A stretch of 59,473 bases of DNA from assembly GCA_944349895.1 (NCBI GenBank), contig CALVNQ010000004.1, positions 1-59,473 on the forward strand, written 5' to 3'. The translations under genes were made by a program, and so were the position numbers. Below, piece by piece: positions 10,347-17,711 of this stretch. Source of the stretch: an uncultured Clostridia bacterium (GTDB lineage: Bacteria > Bacillota > Clostridia > Christensenellales > UBA1242). Below the pieces are notes generated by a model. It was not told the origin of the DNA. It did not search any database and was given only the letters and a program-made list of their open reading frames with translations. Every line of letters starts with the position of its first letter. The first letter of the stretch is position 1.

Positions 10347-12245
10347 TCAAGTGATTAAAACAATAGTATCTCCTTTTGCAATGTTAGAACCTGGTGGAGG
10401 TAATTGTTTTAAAATTGTTCCTCCATCGCCATCAATTTCGTAATAGAGACCTATTTTTGAAAGTTCTACCAAAGCATCAGCTAAAGATTTTCCAACTAAA
10501 TCAGGCATCTCGATAATTTCTATGACAGCAAGGTCATTTTGTTTAGGAATGCCGAGATAATTAAAAATTCCAGTAAAAATTTCTTTACCATAAGGAGCGG
10601 CGACAATGCTTCCATAATAAGCTCCGGCTCCAGGTTCATCAACCATAACCATAACAAGATATTCAGGATTGGAAGCCGGGAAAGTTCCGATAAAACTTGA
10701 GATATATTTACCTTGAGCTATATGCCCGGTTTCATCATATTTTTGAGCAGTACCTGTTTTTCCACCGACATCATAACCTTCAACGAAAGTATAGGGGGCC
10801 TGTTTATTGGTGGCCAAAGAGAGCATTTCGCAAACTTTTTGAGAAGTTTGATCGGAAATAACTTTTCTTATAGTTTCTGTCTCACAATCAAACAAACAGT
10901 TTCCGAAACAGTCTTCGATATGATCAATAATAGAAGGAATTTTCAAATTACCATTATTAACAATAGCACTGACTGCAGTGAGCAGTTGAAGTGGTGTAAC
11001 AGCCACGGCATGCCCGAATCCCATTCTTGCGAGATCGACATTTTTAACAAGCGACTTATCCATTAGAATTCCGGAAGCTTCACCTGAAAGGGAAATACCA
11101 GTTTTCTGCCCTAATCCGAATTTTTTCATATACTCATAAAACTTATCAACGCCGAGCCTTAAAGCAAGTTCCATAAAAACACAGTTACAAGAATTAGCAA
11201 GACCTTCTTGAAGAGTTTGACTACCATGGCCAATGCTTCTCCAACATTTAATTTTAACACCGTCGACAATTTTGGAACCACTGCAGTAAAATCTATCATT
11301 TTCATCAACCACTCCCTCTTCTAATGCAGCGGCGAGAGTTAAAATTTTAAAAGTTGACCCTGGCTCATAGACATCAGTTATAGCTTTAATTTTAGATTGA
11401 TCAAATAAGATTTCAAGATTGTCTCTAGGGATATCATTGAGATCGAAACTAGGCTTAGAAGACATAGCAATAACTTGTGCAGTCTTGGCATTCATGACAA
11501 TACCGGTAACATTTTTTGCTTTTTGTTCGAGCATAATTTTTTCAAGTGTTTGTTCTAAAATAAGTTGAATTTTAGAATCTATGCTAAGTGTAATGTCATC
11601 ACCTTTGGTGGCAGGAAAGTAATAACGAAGCGATCCACCAATTTCCTTTCCCTGCAAATCGCTTTGAGTGAAACTATAACCATCGATGCCTTTCAAATAA
11701 GAATCAAAATAAGCTTCAATACCACTTTGACCAATGTTATCAATACTAACGAAACCTAAAACTTGAGAAAGCAAATTACCATAGGTATAATAACGGCCAA
11801 CACTTTCAGCCAAGTAAACACCATTAAAATTTTTATTATAAATGAGCTCAGCGACATCAGCCGAAACCTGCATTTTAATTAAAACTTCGGAAATATTTTT
11901 CTTTAAAACCTTCTCATAGACATCAAGATAGTTTAAACCCAATATGTTAGCCAGAGATTTACTAACCTCTTCAGGTTGGTCAATCTCTCTGCCCCTGACA
12001 TAAACATTATAGGTGGTGTAACTGACAGCAAGCCTTGAACCTGTGGAATCATAGATATCTCCCCTTGGAGCAACGATAGCCAAATCTCTTGTCCATTGCG
12101 AAGTCGCCCTTAATTGCAAATCTTTACCATTAATAATTTGAATGACAAAAAGTCGAATAAAAAGAGCGCAAAAAAGAAAGGTTACAAGCAAAGTTAAAGC
12201 GAGTAACCTTTTTTTAAAAGAATGAAGAGAGAAAAATTTAATCAA
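10347..12245 (-). CDS. Class B penicillin-binding protein (SpoVD/FtsI family) with C-terminal PASTA domain
   Basis: N-terminal TM, PRGDIYD, EPGSTFK (SxxK), NSCN (SxN), GKTGTAQ (KTG), MPDLVG PASTA. TTG start with GGAGG. Confidence 0.93.
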   Translation of the reverse strand: MIKFFSLHSFKKRLLALTLLVTFLFCALFIRLFVIQIINGKDLQLRATSQWTRDLAIVAPRGDIYDSTGSRLAVSYTTYNVYVRGREIDQPEEVSKSLANILGLNYLDVYEKVLKKNISEVLIKMQVSADVAELIYNKNFNGVYLAESVGRYYTYGNLLSQVLGFVSIDNIGQSGIEAYFDSYLKGIDGYSFTQSDLQGKEIGGSLRYYFPATKGDDITLSIDSKIQLILEQTLEKIMLEQKAKNVTGIVMNAKTAQVIAMSSKPSFDLNDIPRDNLEILFDQSKIKAITDVYEPGSTFKILTLAAALEEGVVDENDRFYCSGSKIVDGVKIKCWRSIGHGSQTLQEGLANSCNCVFMELALRLGVDKFYEYMKKFGLGQKTGISLSGEASGILMDKSLVKNVDLARMGFGHAVAVTPLQLLTAVSAIVNNGNLKIPSIIDHIEDCFGNCLFDCETETIRKVISDQTSQKVCEMLSLATNKQAPYTFVEGYDVGGKTGTAQKYDETGHIAQGKYISSFIGTFPASNPEYLVMVMVDEPGAGAYYGSIVAAPYGKEIFTGIFNYLGIPKQNDLAVIEIIEMPDLVGKSLADALVELSKIGLYYEIDGDGGTILKQLPPPGSNIAKGDTIVLIT

Positions 12246-12248
12246 AGG

Positions 12249-12788
12249 CTATCCTCCAAATAACCCCGATAAGAAGTTGCAAAATCGATCGAACCAATTT
12301 GATTCTTTTTTTAAAGCCTCAGGTCGCAAAATTTCATCTGGAAAAGTTTCAACAAGTTCAGCTGTTTTATTTCCCGAATCAACCGAAGAAATATTTTTTA
12401 AAAGATTGGCAAGGTTGGCAGAATACTCTGTCTGAACAGCATTATAACCAGCGATTGAATTGGACAAATCAACAGCAGTAAAAACACCAAGCCCGATAGT
12501 TAATGCAACAGCAAACGCAATAGCGATTTTTTTAAGCAACGAAAATTTTTTAATAGGTTTTTGTTGTTCCACCTCTTTTTCAAGTTTCAAAATGATTTTC
12601 TTTTTTTCAGGTGGAGTTTCGGGAAGAAGATCATAGTTCGGGGTATCAATGATCACTTGCTCATTTTGAAGCGAATCAACATTAACTTGGGATTGCAAAG
12701 AGTCAAGGTTAATTTTACGTTTAGCCTTTTCAAGCTTTTGTTCCACCTTAACTTCTTTTTCAAGTAAAAGGACTTGCTTCTCTTCCAT
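12249..12788 (-). CDS. Bitopic membrane protein, possible diverged FtsL-like protein
   Basis: Start at ATG 12788 behind TAGGAG. Charged N-terminus, one TM, short coiled coil, amphipathic C-terminus WFDRFCNFLSGLFGG. Lies 3 nt before the PBP, in the ftsL position (synteny inference). Confidence 0.6.
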   Translation of the reverse strand: MEEKQVLLLEKEVKVEQKLEKAKRKINLDSLQSQVNVDSLQNEQVIIDTPNYDLLPETPPEKKKIILKLEKEVEQQKPIKKFSLLKKIAIAFAVALTIGLGVFTAVDLSNSIAGYNAVQTEYSANLANLLKNISSVDSGNKTAELVETFPDEILRPEALKKESNWFDRFCNFLSGLFGG

Positions 12789-12871
12789 ATATACTCCTAA
12801 AATATAAAATATATAACCACATATTAGCAATTTAAATAAGAAAAACCATAAACATAACTCACTATAATAAT

Positions 12872-13109
12872 GAGTGGCTAGGCGAAAGCCGTGCCCGCAA
12901 TTATACAATCTCTTCATTTACTTGCAAAACCTACTTCGAACGTCAGTCGCGGCAAAATGCCTTTGGCATTTTCGTTTGGCCGCGAGAAGAAAATTTCAAG
13001 CGTCAGGGCGCAGTTTTTCGGACAAAGTCCGAAAACAAGCAAACAGCGCAGAAATTTTCTTGGTTGTCCCCGCGATGTTTCAGTGCCACTCCGGTTCGCC
13101 CGGCCACTC
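12872..13109. mobile_element. MITE-like / REP-like GC-rich structured element
   Basis: Imperfect 15-bp terminal inverted repeats GAGTGGCTAGGCGAA / TTCGCCCGGCCACTC and two nested internal hairpins. No transposase or target-site duplication seen. Confidence 0.5.
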
Positions 13110-14894
13110 CACAGTTTCAAATAAACCTGCAATGGCAGTGTAAAAAGCATAATTTGTTGTTGTGTCCCCCGGCTGTTTCACAACATCAAAAGCAACTTCA
13201 AGATAGCTTCCTTCAATTCTGCTTTCATCTAAAACACCATATCCACCATAAGATTCACTTTCAATAACCTTGTAATATCTTCTCGCATCAGTGAAACCAT
13301 TGATTGGAATAACCCTCCCTTGCGTCAAAGGATTTGGAATGAGCGCTTCCGGACAGTTAAATTGTCCCACCTTGACAACCTCTCCAAATCCTCCTTCCGT
13401 CTCACTTAAATCGAGTTCAAATTCCAAGAAACTGCCTTCTGCTCCAAAGCTATACATTCCATCATAAATCCTGATGAATTTTGTCAAAACTTTGACAGGC
13501 GAACCGTCCCCTTTCTTCCAACGCACCGACACGTTAATATCAAGAAACTTGCTTTCATCATAAATCAGGTCTCCGTCCTTGCCGGCGTCATATTTAAAAT
13601 CCAACCAAATATCAGTGATTTCAGCTTCTTTGCTCGGCATAATCACAAAACTTTGATATTCATAAGGTCCACCAGTATATTGGAATGGATCTCCCTCAAA
13701 GCTTGAAAAGAAAGATGTGTATGGATAGGTCACAACTTCGGACGCAATGAAAGATTCTCCCACCGTTGTTTCGCCTTCGCCAGTGCTTTCACTTGCTTGG
13801 CCAATTGTTGTAAGTGTTCCGCTGTAATCTACGATTGCTGAAACGACATCTTCATAGTAAAGGTCGTAACTGTAAGGGCTTGGAAGCGACGGCATAACCT
13901 GTGCACTTTCACCAATAATTTCATCTAACACAAAATTTGTGATTGCAACTTTGTTTCTTTCGGTAAGCCCAACATAACTTCCCAGTTGATTGAACAGAAT
14001 TTTAACATCTTCCAAAGCCCTCTCGGCACTGGTTTGGTCTGCGGTGGCAGGATAACCTTCCACTGTTAAAACAGGCAAGCCCGAATCATAACTAACGCTC
14101 ATTTGGTTAGGTTGAAGCCCCAACACCAACGAATAAATTGCATAAGTTAAACCATTTTTATAATCTTCATTAACATAGGCAGTTTGAAAATCGGTAGGAA
14201 TAAAAGTGTGCTGAATATCTCCGCCTTCAACATAATAAAACTTAAAGCCAGCGTAAGAAAAAGAATAATTTCCGCTTTTTTCAAATGTTGTGGAAACCAT
14301 ATTTCCGTTTTGAGAACCCTTATAAGCCAATATCCAAGGTCTGTAATTAGTATTGCTTATTGGCAAACTCCAATTCCAAGCCTTAGAAGTGTCGGCTGTA
14401 ACAGTAACAGTGTCAGTTTTTTCTTGCACATCAGTAATTTGATATCTTATTGCATCATAGTAATACAAGAAACCATCTGGGTTTTCTTCAAATTGCTGGG
14501 CTAGTTCGCCAACTTGTTCGTTTTGAGTTTCGCTATTAATTTGTTGCAGAATATTATCGAACAACGGATTATTTTCTTCGTCAGTCGCAATGAAGGATGC
14601 GCTGTTAAAATTACCATAAATTGCAAATAACTGTGTTATGATATCATTGGATAGAACATAATAAAAATCAGTTTTACCCTCGTTTTCTGGCACACTTCCG
14701 TCAAAGTCATAGCCTTCAAGTGGCTTGCGCAGCACCTTTACGCCAGCAATATTTATGCCCCCAGTATCGGTGTCGGGATTGTCAGGGTCTGAACCCATGC
14801 AACCCGTAAGTGTGACACAAACAATTGCCACAAAAACAATTTGAAAAAATCTTAAAATTTTTGTTTTTAAATTTGATTTAACATTTGTTTTCAT
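13080..14894 (-). CDS. Acidic lipoprotein of unknown function (~604 aa)
   Basis: MKTNVKSNLKTKILRFFQIVFVAIVCVTLTG-C lipobox. Start at ATG 14894, 6 nt after TATACT. Confidence 0.85.
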   Translation of the reverse strand: MKTNVKSNLKTKILRFFQIVFVAIVCVTLTGCMGSDPDNPDTDTGGINIAGVKVLRKPLEGYDFDGSVPENEGKTDFYYVLSNDIITQLFAIYGNFNSASFIATDEENNPLFDNILQQINSETQNEQVGELAQQFEENPDGFLYYYDAIRYQITDVQEKTDTVTVTADTSKAWNWSLPISNTNYRPWILAYKGSQNGNMVSTTFEKSGNYSFSYAGFKFYYVEGGDIQHTFIPTDFQTAYVNEDYKNGLTYAIYSLVLGLQPNQMSVSYDSGLPVLTVEGYPATADQTSAERALEDVKILFNQLGSYVGLTERNKVAITNFVLDEIIGESAQVMPSLPSPYSYDLYYEDVVSAIVDYSGTLTTIGQASESTGEGETTVGESFIASEVVTYPYTSFFSSFEGDPFQYTGGPYEYQSFVIMPSKEAEITDIWLDFKYDAGKDGDLIYDESKFLDINVSVRWKKGDGSPVKVLTKFIRIYDGMYSFGAEGSFLEFELDLSETEGGFGEVVKVGQFNCPEALIPNPLTQGRVIPINGFTDARRYYKVIESESYGGYGVLDESRIEGSYLEVAFDVVKQPGDTTTNYAFYTAIAGLFETVEWPGEPEWH

Positions 14895-14956
14895 AGCCTT
14901 AGTATAACAAAACAATCAAAAAAAAACAAGAAATTAAACTGAAACTGCAAAAAAGT

Positions 14957-14986
14957 AAAAAAACTTGGGTAAACCCCAAGTTCTTT
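14957..14986 (-). terminator. Intrinsic terminator
   Basis: AAAAAAACTTGGG-TAAAC-CCCAAGTTCTTT (+ strand) at the stop of the 14985 gene. Confidence 0.75.
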
Positions 14987-16625
14987 ACATCGATAAACCT
15001 TCATTTTTCATTTCAACTGCTTTAACCAATTGGTTACTCATATTTTTTTCAATTGTAGTTCTATTTTGCAATGAACATCCACTCTCTCCTTCATTTAGAA
15101 CATGCTGATAAATCGCCTGAGTATCTCCTCTCTCATTGCTATAAACTGGGACTGTTACTCTTATCTCATCAATATTTATCCCGTCGTTAGTCCCGTAAAC
15201 AACAGAAATATTTATGATACTTATATATCCAGCATCAAAAACATGTCCTTGATCTATAATGGGCGCGCCCATATCACCAACATACGTTGAAATTATGTTT
15301 CCTTCCACTCCCATATCTTCCAACAGTGCTTCACCAAACGCGTTAGATGATGCTGGCAAAGATGCGTTTGTGTTTATGATTACAGTCCGCGAATCAAAAT
15401 TAGAATTATTAAGTTCGCCAACAGGTGAATTACTCCCTTTTTGTAAAGTATTTTTAAGTGCTTCAAATTTTTCTATAACTTCGTAATAGTTTTCAGAATT
15501 AGGCAAAACCGTTTCATAACTGTTATAAATTTCTTGTGAATAATTTCTGATACCTCCCACACTGTCTATTGATTTAAGTACATCTGTGTAAGAACAAATA
15601 TTAGATAAGTCACTATCATTATACTTATATTCCATAAATCTTGTTCTACCTAGCCCATCAACCGCTTCTGAATAAATTACGAATTCATTACCGCTAATTT
15701 CCACAGCAACAAGTTTTATCCCTGTCGCTCCATAATTTAATTTGTTGTTTAAATTTTCTAATTCTGTTTGTAATGTCGGCACCACAAATCCCTCGCCGAA
15801 AACTTGGTTATAGATGTCGTCAAATGAAACAGTCTCTTCCACTGGTGGTTCCTCGTAATTAGAACTTGGATCAAGTTCATTTTGAGAAATGATTTCATAA
15901 TCTCCTTGAGATATTGCTTCCCAAATTTCATTTGTTGTCATGTTTTCCACATCATTGATCTTAATAACCGATTCTGTGAGGTCTCCATTTTCATAAACAG
16001 TAAAGAGCACATTTGTTCCATCTTCACGAACTGGCGAAATGACAGAAAAAGTTTTGTCTAAATTTTCTTTACTTTCTCCGATTACATAATAATTTACTGT
16101 GCCTGTTGGCAATTCGGAAATTTTTCCAATTTGTGATTCTATGTAATCCAAAGCGCTGTTAATCTTGTCACGAACTTTTGCTTCTTCGTTCTCTTTAAAT
16201 TTTTGGTCTGATGTGTAACCTGCCTGACCAATTGCTGTTTCTTTGACATCATCTACCAAAAAGCCTGCTGTTTCTTTTGGAATGTCAACAACAACCGATG
16301 AAAGCTGGTCATCGGCATAAGCGATGACAACCAAATTTCCATTTTCGTCCAAGTCGGCAAACTTAACCTGTGCGCTTTCGCCAAAGGTTGTTGATGCGAT
16401 TTCTTCAGCTTCGTTTACGAGCAACTCATTTGTGTCTAATGAAAGATTGTTTTTGTCATAAATTTCCGAAACTGTTAAAGTTTCTTCTGACGAAGCCCCT
16501 TTGTTCGTTGTAACTTCTCCATTGCATGCTCCCAACAATGTTGCACCACTTGCCCAAGTTACAATAGCAACTACACCTTTAAGCAATCCTTTAAGCAATC
16601 CTTTATTTTTTTCATCTTTTCCCAT
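14985..16625 (-). CDS. Acidic lipoprotein of unknown function (~546 aa)
   Basis: Start ATG 16625 behind GAGGAG. MGKDEKNKGLLKGLLKGVVAIVTWASGATLLGA-C lipobox. Confidence 0.85.
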   Translation of the reverse strand: MGKDEKNKGLLKGLLKGVVAIVTWASGATLLGACNGEVTTNKGASSEETLTVSEIYDKNNLSLDTNELLVNEAEEIASTTFGESAQVKFADLDENGNLVVIAYADDQLSSVVVDIPKETAGFLVDDVKETAIGQAGYTSDQKFKENEEAKVRDKINSALDYIESQIGKISELPTGTVNYYVIGESKENLDKTFSVISPVREDGTNVLFTVYENGDLTESVIKINDVENMTTNEIWEAISQGDYEIISQNELDPSSNYEEPPVEETVSFDDIYNQVFGEGFVVPTLQTELENLNNKLNYGATGIKLVAVEISGNEFVIYSEAVDGLGRTRFMEYKYNDSDLSNICSYTDVLKSIDSVGGIRNYSQEIYNSYETVLPNSENYYEVIEKFEALKNTLQKGSNSPVGELNNSNFDSRTVIINTNASLPASSNAFGEALLEDMGVEGNIISTYVGDMGAPIIDQGHVFDAGYISIINISVVYGTNDGINIDEIRVTVPVYSNERGDTQAIYQHVLNEGESGCSLQNRTTIEKNMSNQLVKAVEMKNEGLSM

Positions 16626-16733
16626 AATAATCTCCTCATGGTGTTCTACTAGGAAAATTATAGCATCTTTTATATAAATTTTCAATATTTTTTTAAAATT
16701 TTTTAAAATTAGACAAAAAAGAATATAAAAAAC

Positions 16734-16766
16734 AAAAAAACTTGAGTTTTTTTCCCAAGTTTTTTA
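16734..16766 (-). terminator. Intrinsic terminator after rsmH
   Basis: AAAAAAACTTGAG...CCCAAGTTTTTT (+ strand); similar in sequence to the 14957 terminator. Confidence 0.7.
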
Positions 16767-16773
16767 AGTGTTC

Positions 16774-17709
16774 TTAAAATTTTTCAAACACACGCAATTT
16801 TGCCGAATGTGAACGTTGATTGATTTCAAGCTCTTTCTCTGACGGTGTTATTGGTTTTTTGTTGAATAATCTTCCTTGCGCATGATGACCACATATGCAG
16901 ATTGGAGTTTTGGGTGGACAAATGCAGTCAGTGGAAAGCTCTTTAAAAACATTTTTAACAATTCTATCTTCCAGGCTGTGAAAAGAGATTATTGCCAATC
17001 TCCCTTTGCTGTTCAGCAGTTCTGCAAAATCCCTGACAGATTTTTCCAAAATTTCAAGTTCGCCATTGACCTCAATTCTTATTGCTTGAAAAGTTTTTTT
17101 ACTGACACCACCCTTGCCAAAAATAATTTTCTTGGGAAAAGCGCTTTCGATGATTTCTTTCAATTCAAAAGTCGAGTCAATGGGTTTGTTTTTTCTTGCA
17201 GTGACAATTGCGTCGGCAATTTTAGGGGCAAATGGTTCTTCGCCATATTTAAAAATTATGTTTTTGAGTTGTTCCTTTGAATAATTATTGACCACATCAT
17301 AAGCAGAAAAAGGATTTTGTTGGTCCATTCTCATGTCGAGTTTTCCGTCATGCAAAAATGAAAATCCTCTTTCAGCAGTGTCAATTTGGTAGGAGCTAAC
17401 TCCTAGGTCTGCCAAAATCCCGTCCACTTTTGTTATCCCATTTTTGAACAAAACATCTTTTGCATTTTTGAAGTTTTCATTAAAAAATTTGACATTGGGA
17501 AAAGGTGCAAGCCTTTCCCTGCATGCCGAAATTGCGTCAAGATCTTGGTCAAAACAAATCAACTTGCCTGTTCCTTTAAGCCTTTTTGCAATTTCAGAGC
17601 TATGGCCTCCACCTCCACAAGTCATATCAACATAAATTCCATCTTGTTTAATATTTAATGCCTCAATTGACTCATTCAAGAGCACCGGCATATGTTTAAA
17701 CTCTGCCAA
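16774..17709 (-). CDS. rsmH: 16S rRNA m4C1402 methyltransferase
   Basis: HMPVLL, DMTCGGGGHS, DLGVSSYQ, LDMRMD, FQAIRIEVN, FHSLEDR, SAKLR. Confidence 0.97.
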   Translation of the reverse strand: MAEFKHMPVLLNESIEALNIKQDGIYVDMTCGGGGHSSEIAKRLKGTGKLICFDQDLDAISACRERLAPFPNVKFFNENFKNAKDVLFKNGITKVDGILADLGVSSYQIDTAERGFSFLHDGKLDMRMDQQNPFSAYDVVNNYSKEQLKNIIFKYGEEPFAPKIADAIVTARKNKPIDSTFELKEIIESAFPKKIIFGKGGVSKKTFQAIRIEVNGELEILEKSVRDFAELLNSKGRLAIISFHSLEDRIVKNVFKELSTDCICPPKTPICICGHHAQGRLFNKKPITPSEKELEINQRSHSAKLRVFEKF

Positions 17710-17711
17710 AA

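Noticed and set aside
12930-13065. Hammerhead ribozyme idea from CTGACG...GAAA
   Set aside because: The core needs CUGANGA, a stem II and then GAAA; only 3 nt separate the motifs here.
12874-13267. Four overlapping short ORFs on both strands
   Set aside because: By-product of the GC-rich palindromic element having few stop codons; no RBS and atypical composition.
16577-16606. 12-bp tandem repeat encoding KGLLKGLLKG in a signal peptide
   Set aside because: In frame and only about 2.5 copies, so it cannot cause frameshift phase variation.
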